A model generated the notes under the pieces. That model saw nothing but the letters and a program-made list of their open reading frames with translations, did no database searches and was not told the origin of the DNA. A DNA stretch of 64,000 bases from an uncultured bacterium (lineage in GTDB: Bacteria; Verrucomicrobiota; Verrucomicrobiia; Limisphaerales; UBA8199). The position numbers were made by a program, and so were the translations under genes. The DNA is taken from the NCBI GenBank assembly GCA_963749495.1, contig CAVVMW010000021.1, forward strand, positions 512,001 through 576,000, written 5' to 3'. This document shows, piece after piece, positions 52,101 to 62,555 of the stretch; the first letter of the stretch is position 1, and each line of letters begins with the position of its first letter.

Positions 52101-52921
52101 GCATCGGCGCGGCGGCCCGGCGCGCGCTGGACCTCGAATTGCTGGCCCCCAGGTTCGATCTCCCGCTGGAGAACATTACCTGGCGCGTCTGCCTCAGCGA
52201 CAAGTGGCGTGTCAGGTATTGCTCCGGCTCGCTCCAACTCCAGCAGGAACAACTCCTGAGTCCGGGCGCGACCCTCGACCTGCAGACCTATCTCCAAAAC
52301 GAAACCACCCGCCAACTCAAACGCACACGCCAGGCCGAAGACCTCCTGGCCGCCGGCAACAATGCCCTCGAGCAAGGCGACCCGCAGCAGGCCCGCAGGG
52401 CCTTCCAGGCCGCCTATGGCCTCTCCGCGCACGATGCCGCCTTCAACGAAGACGCCCGTGTCCAGCTCCACAACATCAAGCTCCAGCAGGCCCTGGTGGG
52501 GTTGAATGTCCGCCAGGCCACCGCCACCGGGGACGCCGCCACACTCGGCTCGAAGTTCCGCGACCTCCACGGCCGCAAGGAAGTCAGTTACACCCAGCAG
52601 GACGCCAAGGCCATCATCGACCGCAACACCGCCGACAACAACGCCGCCTTCATGCGGCTGGCCGAACGGCTCATCCAACAGCAGGACGCCGCCGTCAGCA
52701 GTCCCACTGCCCTCCGCGCCAGCATCCCCGAGCAGGGGCGGATGCTGACCTTCAAACGGGCCGTCGCCGTCGACCCCGGCGCCGACTTGAACATCGGCCT
52801 GAGCGCCGTCGCCGCCCGGCCGGCCACGGCCTGGGTGCGCCTCCTCATTCTCGCAGCCACGCTTTTGGTCTTCGCCGCCTTCAGGTGGATTGGGCGCCCC
52901 TCCGCGCGAGCCACGAACTGA
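46125..52921 (+). CDS. Giant (~2200 aa) hypothetical membrane-anchored protein; frameshifts ~46330 and ~51010
   Basis: Three abutting ORFs (46125, 46345, 51095) with consistent codon usage. Signal peptide, repeated beta-rich modules, central TM cluster (~48700-49330), TPR-like segment and C-terminal TM helix. Confidence 0.7.
49356..49560. repeat. REP-like palindromic element inserted within the giant ORF
   Basis: catcccgaagggatgacaatcactcagcccagggttgcgcggcacgcgctaccctggg ... cccagggtagcgcgtgccgcgcaaccctgggctgagtg...atcccttcgggat, with no stop in the coding frame. Confidence 0.8.
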
Positions 52922-53263
52922 GTGCTCGTGCAAGAAAAAAGGCCGAGATTGAGGCGTGATTCTAACATTTTGAAACCCCGATTGGCTTTCGACCCAGGTT
53001 CATAAGTAACCGGACGTGCCTTGCTCGCTTGCTTTTCATCAAGGAGGGATGCCTGAGAACAGCCCAACGCTTCAGCGTTGGGTGGTGATGCCGACGCGGT
53101 CGAGTCCCAAAGCGACGGCTGAAACGCCGGCCCGCTCAGCCGTCCCTTCGGGACTGGACCCTTTTGGGGGCACGCCAACCCAATGCTAAAGCATTGGGCT
53201 ATTCTCGGATGTCCCTCCGGGACAAAACTCGAAATAGAGCGCCCCTGCGCTTCGCGAGTTCCC

Positions 53264-54596
53264 CTATTCGTGGCGGAGGGCCTCGACCGGATCCATATTG
53301 GCAGCGCGGAAGGCGGGGTAGAGGCCGAAGACGACCCCGACGAAGGCGGAGATGCCGAAGGCCAGCATCGGCGACCAGAAGGCAACGATCGTCTTCATGC
53401 CCGCGGCGTGAGTGACGACAAATGGAATGGCCACGCCCAGCAGCACGCCGATGAGGCCGCCCGCGCCGGAGAGCATGACGGTTTCGGCGAGGAACTGGGA
53501 GACGATATCCCGGCGGCGGGCGCCCAGGGCGCGGCGAATGCCGATCTCGCGGGTCCGCTCCGTCACGCTGGCGAGCATGATGTTCATGATGCCGATGCCG
53601 CCGACGAGCAAGGAGATGGCCGCGATGGAGCCAAGCACGATATTGAATATCTCTTTGGTGCGCTCGGCTTTGCGGAGGAGGTCCAAGGGGACGATGATGT
53701 CGTAATCTTTCTTTTTGTGGTTTCGCTGCATGACCTCCCGGATGGCATCGGCGACACTGGTGACGTTTTCCAGAGAATCCACCTTGACCGTGGCCTCGTG
53801 CAGCTCGACTCGCTCGGCCTCCAAACTGCCGCTGCGGCGGCGCCGGACCATCTCGCCGTAGCGCGCCTTGAGCGTCGCGAGGGGGATGAACATCCGGTGG
53901 GCGGCGGGCTGAGTCGTTTCCCGGCTCGAACCGTCGCCCTTGGGCTCGAAGTCCAGCCGGTTCCATGATGCCGATGACCCGGTAATAGTCGGGGCCGACC
54001 CGGACCTGTTTGCCCAGGGCGGATTCGAGGGGAAAGAGGGCGGGGACCATTTCGGCGCCGAGCACGCAAACGCTGCTTTGGGCCTCCATATCCGCGTCCG
54101 TGAAGAAGCGGCCGGTGCCGAGGCGGTGATGGCGGGTTTGGGGATAGGACGGCACGGTGCCCACCACCTCGCAATCGACGTAGCGGGTGATATTCCAGAC
54201 GTACTCCCGGAGGTTCCGAGCCGGCAGGACGACGGTGACGCCCGGGATGGTGGCGCCAATCCGGCTCACGTCTTTGTAAGTCAGACCGTATTCGAGCACG
54301 AAGCTCTGGTTGGCTTTGTCCGAAATCTTCTGTTCCTCGGGGGGCTTGGCGCTGCGCAGGATGATGTTCTGGCTGCCCAAGTTTTTGATCTGTTGCTGGG
54401 CCTCGAAGCTGGCGCCTTCGCCGATGGCGAGCATGGCGATGACGGAGCAGACGCCGAAGACAATGCCCAGGGCGGTCAGCAGGGAACGCAGACGATGCAG
54501 CCAAAGGCTGCGGATGCCCAGCCGGAGGGTGCGCCCAATCCGGCTGAGCGAGGGGCCGCGCCGGCGAGGCCCCGGTCTATGCGGGTCGGAGTGCAT
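53264..54596 (-). CDS. MacB-type ABC transporter permease; frameshift ~53960
   Basis: [25 protein letters not shown] ... [33 protein letters not shown] ... [17 protein letters not shown]. Confidence 0.9.
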
Positions 54597-54599
54597 CGG

Positions 54600-55284
54600 T
54601 CATGGGCGGACATCGCTTTCGATGCGGCCGTCGCAGAGGCGGATGGCGCGGCGAGCGTGGCGGGAGATGGCCAGGTCGTGAGTGACCATGATGACGGTCA
54701 TGCCCTGCCGGTTGAGGTCGTCCAACAGCCCGAGGATTTCGACGCCGGCGGCGGAATCGAGGTTGCCGGTCGGTTCGTCAGCCAGGAGCAGGAGCGGCTC
54801 ATGGACCAGCGCCCGCGCGATGGCGGCGCGCTGCTGCTGGCCGCCGGACAACTCGAAGGGCCGGTGATGGAGGCGGTCTTCGAGCCCGACGCTCGATGCG
54901 AACTGCCGGGCCCGGGCGCGGCTCTCGCCTTCGAGCCAGCCCTGGTAATAAAGCGGCACTTCGATATTCTCCAGGACGGTGAGCTGCTGGATGAGATTAT
55001 AGGACTGGAAGACAAACCCCAACCGGCTGCCGCGCATCCCCGAAAGGGCGTCGTCATCCATGCCCGAGACGTCTTGGCCCCCCAGGAAATAACGGCCGGA
55101 AGTAGGCCGGTCCAGGCACCCGAGCAGATTCAACAGGGTGGACTTGCCGCAGCCGGACGGACCCATGATGCTGATGTATTCCCCGGACTCGACCACAAAA
55201 GAGATGCCGCGCAACGCTTCGACGGTGACCAGGCCCATCCGGTAGGTCTTGCGGAACGTCATCGAATTGGACGATAGGAGGCAT
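54600..55284 (-). CDS. ABC transporter ATP-binding protein (LolD/MacB-type); frameshift ~55258
   Basis: GPSGCGKST, GFVFQSYNL, LSGGQQQR, LADEPTGNLD, VTHD. Confidence 0.92.
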
Positions 55285-55338
55285 CGGGAGGGTCAAGGGG
55301 CAAAGTCCAACCCAAATCCTCGGCTAACAACTCTTATG

Positions 55339-55406
55339 AAACCGCGGAATACGCGGAATACGCGGAAAACAAACGGCTTTCCGCGTATTCCGCGTATTCC
55401 GCGGTT
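55339..55406. repeat. Hairpin with 9-bp tandem arms (CGCGGAATA)n...(TATTCCGCG)n
   Basis: Directly visible between the adaptor and ATPase genes. Confidence 0.85.
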
Positions 55407-55510
55407 CTTTATTTTGTCTCGATTGGCACGCAAACTGAGCAGATCCCCTTTTCCCTGTATATCTGCCACAGGAGGATTCCTTGGCCGAGCTTTTGGGTCC
55501 AAGGTGCAGT

Positions 55511-57482
55511 TCATGTCGGTTTGACCAGGGCGGGAGCGGCCGCGGGAAGGCTGGCGGGCGTGCCGGCCGGGGGTTTTCCATTCTCGGGCGGTTTGCGCTC
55601 TTGGCCCGGCTTTTCAGCTTCCCCGGTTTCCGGCGGGCGGAGCAGCACGAGTTCGCCTTCCTTGAGGCCGGCTTTGATCTCGATGAACTCGTCGTTGAAC
55701 TCGCCGGTCCGGACTTCCCGCCGCTCCGGTTTGGGCCCGCGCGACACATAGCAGACCTGTTTGTCCCCGTCGGGCGAGATCGCCTGGACCGGCACATAGA
55801 TGCAGTCCTCGATGCGGTTGACGAGGATTTCGACCTTGGTGCTCATGCCGGGTTTGACCCAGTCGTGCGCGCCCTCGACGGAGATGGTGGTGAGATAGAC
55901 CTTGAGGTCGGGGTTCATCCAGCGGTTCTGCGAATCGGGCAGGACAGCGACCTTGGTGACCTCGCCGGCGAGGAGTTTGTCGGCAAAGGCATCCACGGTG
56001 ACGCGAGCTTTCTGGCCCTTTTGGATCTTCTTGATGTAGCCCTCGTGGATTTTGACCTTGATGATCATGCGGCTCAGGTCGGGAATGGTGAGGATGACCT
56101 GGCGTTCGCGGACGGTGGCGCCTTCACGGATGCGTTCATCGTCCCAGTACCTCGAAGTCGTCGTCGGCGCTGCCATAGACGACCAAACCGCCTTTCCTGG
56201 CGCGGAGCACGCATTTTTCGAGCTGCTCCTTGAGGTCGTTGCGCTGCTGGAGCTGGACCTCGTGCTGGGCGCGCGCGGATTTCAGCTTCGCCTTGGCCTG
56301 GGCCAGTTTGGAGATGGCGATTCGGCGCGCTTTGTCCAGTTCCCGCACGGCCTGGGCGTACTTCGACAGGGCGTCCTCGGCGCTCTTGACAAAGTCGTAG
56401 CGCAGGAAGAGGTCGCGGGCGCTGTCCGCGCTCTGCACCGCGAGCCGTTTGTTTTCGTAGGTAATCTCATCGCGTTGGAGCTCGGTCTGCGTGACAAAGC
56501 CCTTCTCGAAGAGGCGGCGCGTGCCCTCGAGCGTGGTCTTGGCCTGCTCGAGGTCCTTTTGTGCGACTTGCAAGTCGTCCTGGAATTTGCGGAGCTTCTG
56601 TTTAGCTTCGCCCTCCCCAAGTTTGTCAATGTTCGCGTAAGGGGAAAAATCGACCTGGAGGCAGTTGGCCGCGGCGGCCGGGGCCGGGTCGGCCGGGTCG
56701 GAAAGGGAGTTGGCACCCGCCGCGGCCGAACCGGTGGGCAGGGACGCGCTCCCGAGGGCAACGGCCGCATGGGCGCCGCCGGCGGCGGCGGGCGGCGATG
56801 CCGAGGCCGGCACGAGGGCGGCTGAGGTTGCATTGGCCGCCGGCAGGGCCACGCCCGGCGGTTTTCCGTTGGAGAGGTCCTCGACCCGGGAGGCTTCCTC
56901 AACGTCGTTGGTGCTGGCGGCGGCGAACAGCTTGTCCAGCCCGACCAGCCGGATGGTCTGCGCGGCAACGGATTCTCCGAGGAACTTGTCGAAATCGAGG
57001 TGAGCAAACCGGGCCTTTTGTTCAGCGTCCTTGATGTCGCTCTGGTTCTGGTTGAGTTGGATTTCGTAGTTTTGCTGGGCATCAATCAGGCTGGCGATGG
57101 CCGTTTGATACTGGATTTCCTGCTGCACGACTTGTTTCTGCAGATCCGAGGAGTCCAACTCGACCAGCACCTTGTTGGTCTTGACGTCGTCTTCGGTGAC
57201 GAAGCAGCCCTCCTCGACGATTTTGAGGATTTTGGTTCCCTGGTTGCCGCCGCGCACTTCGCATTTGATCTCCTGGGATTCGAGGGCTTGGAGGCTGCCG
57301 CCCTGGAGCACGGTGATAGCGAGCGGCCCGTGCCGGGCCGAGAACAAAGGCGTTTTGGAGGCGGAGCGGGCGCCGCGGCCCGACAGGGCCAAACCGAGGG
57401 CGGCGAGCAGCGCCGCCGCGGCAACCCAGCGCCAGAGGGGCTGGCGGCGAAGGAACGAAAACAAGTTAGCGGGCTTTTGCAT
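55511..57482 (-). CDS. Efflux periplasmic adaptor (MacA/HlyD-like); frameshift ~56150
   Basis: N-terminal TM, KILKIVEEG...LVELDSS lipoyl half, long coiled coils, then VREG...IPDLS...VDAF...KPGMS...GLKEGE. Confidence 0.85.
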
Positions 57483-59190
57483 CTTTGGTCTCCTCCCACT
57501 GGCCGTTGTCCTTGATGTAGAGAATGCCCAGGTTATCCCAGAATTGGAGCCGGGCAATGGTGTGCGTCACCAGGGCCTGGGTGCGCTGGTTCTTCGAGTC
57601 GCTCAAGGCGTTTTGGGCATCGACCTGGTCCTGGGCCTTGGCCCGGCCGAGTTCCGCCAGGAGGTTCTGCTCCTGGACGCGGCGCTCGGCAATTTTCACG
57701 CCCAGTTCGCTGAGCTCGTAGTTGCGTTTGGCCTGGTCGAGCGTGCGCCAACTGTCGCGGACCTGGAGCTTGATGTTGTCCTCCTGCTCGACGATGGCGC
57801 GGGCGGCGCGGTTGCGGGCAATGAGGGCGGCGCGGTAGTTGTTCCGCTCGGCCTTCCGGTCGAAGCCCGGGTCAACCGTCAGCCCGGCATTCCACGAGTA
57901 AAGGTCGGTCTCGGGCAACTGGAAGCCGGTGTTGCGGTTGGGATTGCTCTGGAGCTGGACGGTGGCGCCGAAATCAACCTGGGGTTTGAGGAAGTTGGCC
58001 GCCAGGCCGACTTTGCGGACGGTGTCGGCGAGTTGGTCCTTGGCATTGAGGTAATCCAGGCGTGCGGCCAGCGCGATGCGAATCGAGTCGTCCACGGACA
58101 GCTTGGGGTCGCGGATCTCGAGGTTGAGCAACTCCCGGTCGTCCAGCACGAGGTTGGCGTTGACCTTCAAGCCGAGCTGGAGTTTGAAGTTATCGAGGGC
58201 CTGCTGGCAGGCGTGGACGGCGTTAATCCAGGCGGTCTCGGAGGAGAGGACCTGCTGTTCAAGGCGGCCCAGGTCGGATTGGGTGATGCGTCCTTCCTGG
58301 GCCAGGGCGCGGCTGCGCTCGGCGTTCTTGCGGGAGCTTTGGAGGTTGAGGAAATTGTTGCGGGCGGTGTCGCGGTTGCCGAGAACGCCGTAATAGGCGC
58401 GGCCGATCTGCACGGCAAAATCCTTGCGGTATTGGGTGAAATCCCGGAGGTCATAGACCGTTTGGCGCTCGGCCTGGGTCAGATCCTCGATCTCCTTTTT
58501 GAAGGCCGCGTTGCGGAGCAACGGGCGCGTGAAGGTGGCGGCCAGGCTCGACTGCGCGTTGGCGTTGGGCAGGCCGGAGACGTAACGGACAAAATCGGCG
58601 GTCATCTGGGCTGAGAGCCGCCCGACATCGCGGATGAGCCAGCCGGCATTCACGGATCCCGAGGCGTTGATACGTTGTTGCTCAACCATGCCGTCGCTGA
58701 CGACCGGCTCGATCGCGCCGGTGACGGGGTTGATCTGGTAAGCCGCCTCGGTGTAGCCGCCATAATTCCCGTTGCCGCTCCCCGAAAAAATGGGCGTAAA
58801 CTGGTAGCGGTTTAGGGACAGGCTCAGAGCGGAGAGGTAGAGCTGCTCCTTGCGGGACTGATAGGCGCGGCTGGTGTGAACGGCCACATTCAACGCGTCT
58901 TCCAGGCGCAAGACGCGGGACCCTCGCTCGCGCTCGCCGTCGGGCCCGAGGAACTCCTCGAGGTTGGTGCTGACCGGCAGCCCCTCGAGCACCCCCAGGT
59001 TGGTCTCCGCGATCGTGAAATTCGTGTCCATGTTCGGCACCCGTGGCGCTTTGCTCCGGACGATGCCGTACACCTCCTTGTCCGCTGATTTCTCGTAGTG
59101 CTTGGTCGTACAACCCCCCAGGACCAGGGGCAACACCAGCCCGGCCACCACACTGCGTCGTCCTGAATTCGACACCCGGCCCTTCATCAT
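57466..59190 (-). CDS. TolC-family outer-membrane efflux lipoprotein
   Basis: Lipobox LGGC, LRLEDAL, FTRPLLR, ALAARLD, helical repeats. First gene of the efflux operon. Confidence 0.85.
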   Translation of the reverse strand: MMKGRVSNSGRRSVVAGLVLPLVLGGCTTKHYEKSADKEVYGIVRSKAPRVPNMDTNFTIAETNLGVLEGLPVSTNLEEFLGPDGERERGSRVLRLEDALNVAVHTSRAYQSRKEQLYLSALSLSLNRYQFTPIFSGSGNGNYGGYTEAAYQINPVTGAIEPVVSDGMVEQQRINASGSVNAGWLIRDVGRLSAQMTADFVRYVSGLPNANAQSSLAATFTRPLLRNAAFKKEIEDLTQAERQTVYDLRDFTQYRKDFAVQIGRAYYGVLGNRDTARNNFLNLQSSRKNAERSRALAQEGRITQSDLGRLEQQVLSSETAWINAVHACQQALDNFKLQLGLKVNANLVLDDRELLNLEIRDPKLSVDDSIRIALAARLDYLNAKDQLADTVRKVGLAANFLKPQVDFGATVQLQSNPNRNTGFQLPETDLYSWNAGLTVDPGFDRKAERNNYRAALIARNRAARAIVEQEDNIKLQVRDSWRTLDQAKRNYELSELGVKIAERRVQEQNLLAELGRAKAQDQVDAQNALSDSKNQRTQALVTHTIARLQFWDNLGILYIKDNGQWEETKDAKAR

Positions 59191-59346
59191 GGGATTGGAC
59201 CAGACGGCGGCCTTCTCCTCACGCGTTAATGACCTGTGCCGGAACAACCTGGGGACTTGTGAGTCACCCTCGATGCGCGATGTCTCCAGTCAGAGCGCGG
59301 GCATGCCGCGCACTCCAGACGCTTCGCGACTTCGGCCGCAGGCGGT

Positions 59347-60094
59347 TCACACCTCGACAACCAACGCCGGGTCGAAGGCTTGCACCCGTTCCTTGGGGTA
59401 GCCGCGGGGGTTGGCCAGGACACGCGTGGCGCCCAGCCTGTAATCGGCAACCCAGTGAATATGACCATGGACCCAAAGCGGGGCGCGGCTGGCGGCAACC
59501 AGTGAGTCGAGGTTCGAGGCGAAGGCCGGGCTCATTGGGTCGGCGCTGTAAACCGGCCCCACCGAAAGGACGCTCGGCGCATGGTGAGTCACCACCACGC
59601 ATTTGCGCCCGGACAAGCCCCGAAACTGCCGCTCCAGCCAGCGGGTCGTCTCGAGGTTCAATCGCCGCGCGTCGGCCGGGCGAAACCTCGAAGTAGTGAG
59701 GAAAAACCCGGATATGGCGGAAGTCGTTGATGCCCATCTCGGCGTCGATCTCCGCTTGAACCCGGTTGCCGAAAAGAGCGAAATCGCTCCACAGCGTTGC
59801 CCCCAGGAATGTGACGCCGCCCAGCTCGACCTGCTCATTCTCGAGCACATGAACATTGGTCCCCTGGGCCATCTCCTTGAGCTTGCGAGTAAGGCTCGGG
59901 AGGGCGTGATGGTAAAACTCGTGGTTGCCCAGCACATAAATCACCGGCGTCTGCCGGCAGGTCTCCAGCACCCACCTCATTCCCATCTCCCCGACGCCAA
60001 CGTCCCCGGCCAGCACCAGGACATCCGCCCCCGCGCCTGGCAGTTGAAATGGCGCGAATTCCAGGTGCAGGTCGCTGAGAATTTGCAGACGCAT
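59347..60094 (-). CDS. Calcineurin-like metallophosphoesterase; frameshift ~59690
   Basis: SDLHLEF, LAGDV, GNHEFY, GATLWSDF, then VTHHAPS, HGHIH, NPRGY in the next frame. Confidence 0.88.
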
Positions 60095-60215
60095 TCGCCC
60101 TAGACTCCAAAATAGAAGCTGCTTTGCCAAGGCCGTTTTGTCATCGTCGCTGTCCGGTGGTGTCATCCGGTTGCGGTGCTCGACATCGCGGCGGCCCAGT
60201 GTTAAGGTCGCTCTG

Positions 60216-60467
60216 ATGAGAACGCAGTCGCCCGATACAAGTCCGGAATCCGAGCGGGTGCTGACGGAACTGCTGCGGCGGACGCCCGCCTGGCGGCGGC
60301 TCCAGCTTGCCGACCATATGAGTGCCACCGTTCGCCAACTTTGCCTGGCAGGTTTGCGCTCCCGTCATCCCAACGCAAGCGAAGCCGAGCTCCGCCGTCG
60401 CTTTGCCGATCTTCACCTGGGGCCGGAATTGGCGGCGAAGGCTTACGGTCCGCCGCCCACAGACTGA
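60216..60467 (+). CDS. Small helical protein, putative antitoxin
   Basis: DTSPE..RV...LRR.P...RL...GLRSRHP...ELRRR. Its stop overlaps the next start (TGATG). Confidence 0.65.
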   Translation: MRTQSPDTSPESERVLTELLRRTPAWRRLQLADHMSATVRQLCLAGLRSRHPNASEAELRRRFADLHLGPELAAKAYGPPPTD

Positions 60468-61069
60468 TGGACGCCGAGCAAATCCAAGTCAACCTGCTGG
60501 TCGTGCGGGCCTTCGACTCGCTCCGCATCCCTTACTTCCTCGGAGGCTCGATGGCCAGTTCGGTCCATGGCATTTATCGCGCGACGGCGGACGCTGATTT
60601 CGTTGCTGCCGTCCGCCCCGAACACGCCAAGCCCCTGGTGGATCTCCTCCATCCAGCTTTCTACGCCGACCTCGAAGCGGTTCAAACCGCCGTCGCCTCG
60701 CACCGCAGCTTCAACATTATCCATTTGGAAACCATGCTGAAGGTGGATGTCTTTGTGGCCCGAACCGACCCGTTCCACCTGATGCAAATGCGCCGCCGCG
60801 CGCTTCAGACAACCGATCCGGACGGTCGGACATCATTTTTCGTCGCCTCCCCCGAAGACACGATTCTGGCCAAGCTGCAATGGTATCGCGACGGCGGCGG
60901 TGTGTCCGACCGCCAGTGGAGCGACGTTTTGGGCGTCCTCAAGGTCCAAGGTGCCGCGCTGGACCGCGCTTATCTCGATGAGTGGGCCCAGGAACTGGGC
61001 CTCACGGGCCTCCTGCGCCGGGCGCTCGATGAAGCCGGCTTGCCGCCAGCAGGGCCGGGCAGGCAATGA
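60467..61069 (+). CDS. Nucleotidyltransferase-fold protein (putative TA toxin)
   Basis: YFLGGSMASSVHG..RATADADF, KVDVF, SPEDTILAKL.W, RQWSDV. Confidence 0.75.
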   Translation: MDAEQIQVNLLVVRAFDSLRIPYFLGGSMASSVHGIYRATADADFVAAVRPEHAKPLVDLLHPAFYADLEAVQTAVASHRSFNIIHLETMLKVDVFVARTDPFHLMQMRRRALQTTDPDGRTSFFVASPEDTILAKLQWYRDGGGVSDRQWSDVLGVLKVQGAALDRAYLDEWAQELGLTGLLRRALDEAGLPPAGPGRQ

Positions 61070-62283
61070 AACCGGAGCCTGCCGACCCACCGTCCATCCG
61101 GCGTGGACAGCCCATGCGCGCCACAAATTCGCCGGAGCTCAGAGCGGTTCGGGAGCTTCTGCGCACGGTCCCGCTTATCGACGGCCACAACGACCTGCCG
61201 TGGCAGTTGCGGAGCAAGTTCCGCAATGACCTCGGCGCGATCGACCTGCGCAGCGAGACCCAAACGCGCAAAGCCGCGCTGGCCACCAACCTGCCCCGTC
61301 TCCGCGCCGGCTGCCTGGGCGCTCAGTTCTGGGCCGCCTATGTCCCGTCCGCGACGCCGGGTCCCGAGGCCGTGCAAGCTGCCATCGAGCAAATCGACCT
61401 CGTCCATCGCCTGGCGGCGCGCTATCCGGACACCCTCCAGATGGCCCGCAGTGCGGCGGACATCGTGAGGATCCATCGGCGCGGCCGCATCGCCTCGCTC
61501 ATTGGCATCGAAGGCGGGCACTGCCTTAACAACTCGCCGGCCGTGCTCCGCATGGCCTACGCGCTGGGCGTCCGCTATTTGACACTCACCCACGTCCGGA
61601 ACACGGCCTGGGCCGATGCCGCCGGGGACACGCCGGTCCATCACGGCCTGACCCCGCTCGGCGAAGAAATCGTGCGGGAGATGAACCGGCTCGGGATGAT
61701 GGTGGACCTGGCGCACGTCACGGATGAAACGATGCGGGCCGCCCTCCTGGTCTCCAAGGCCCCGGTCATCTTCTCGCACTCGTCGGCGTGGGGCGTCTGC
61801 CGCAACGCGCGAAATGTGCCGGATGACGTGCTCGAGGCGGTGCGCGCCAATGGCGGCGTGGTGATGGTCTGTTTCCTGCCGGGATACCTCACCGAGCCCA
61901 ACAGCGCCCATCACGCCAAGGGGGCGGCCCGGATGCACCGGCTCGAAGGGCTCTATCCCGCCCGCCCGGAGAAAGTGCGGGCGGCAATGGAGGCCTGGTG
62001 GCAGGCCCACCCCTGGCCGGGCGCCACGCTGTCGGACGTGGCCGATCACATCGACCATGTCCGCAAAGCAGCCGGCATCGATCACGTCGGCATCGGTTCG
62101 GACTTCGACGGTTTTCCCGGCTCGGTCAAGGGGCTGGAGGACGTGTCCCGATTCCCGGCCCTGCTGGCCGAGTTGCTGCGCCGGGGCTATAGCCGGGCGG
62201 ACATCGCGAAGGTGGCGGGACAGAATCTGTTGAGGGTGTTCAGGGACGTGGAAAGGGCCGGGAACCGGAGGGGCAGCCCTTGA
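61066..62283 (+). CDS. Membrane dipeptidase (peptidase M19)
   Basis: IDGHNDLP, GAQFW, IEGGH, YLTLTH, EMNRLGMMVDLAH, SHS, RNVPD, GIGSDFDG. Confidence 0.93.
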   Translation: MKPEPADPPSIRRGQPMRATNSPELRAVRELLRTVPLIDGHNDLPWQLRSKFRNDLGAIDLRSETQTRKAALATNLPRLRAGCLGAQFWAAYVPSATPGPEAVQAAIEQIDLVHRLAARYPDTLQMARSAADIVRIHRRGRIASLIGIEGGHCLNNSPAVLRMAYALGVRYLTLTHVRNTAWADAAGDTPVHHGLTPLGEEIVREMNRLGMMVDLAHVTDETMRAALLVSKAPVIFSHSSAWGVCRNARNVPDDVLEAVRANGGVVMVCFLPGYLTEPNSAHHAKGAARMHRLEGLYPARPEKVRAAMEAWWQAHPWPGATLSDVADHIDHVRKAAGIDHVGIGSDFDGFPGSVKGLEDVSRFPALLAELLRRGYSRADIAKVAGQNLLRVFRDVERAGNRRGSP

Positions 62284-62555
62284 GGGGAACCGACGCTCCG
62301 GAGCCCTCTCCGTCAACCGGCGCGAGGCCCGCATGGTTTTGGACTGCGGCAGTCCTCTGCCGCTTTCGCCTCCCCAGGGTCCAAAAAGCGGCAGAGGACT
62401 GCCGCAGTCCAAAACGCTTCGCGGCCTCGTCCGCGTGGCCGCCATTACCCGTCCGACCGGTCCGACCGGTCCGAACGCCTCCTCGCCGCTCGTCCCTGAA
62501 TTGATTCCGGCCAATTCTCGTATAGGATACGGTCAGGTGTTGGGATAAGCGCGAG

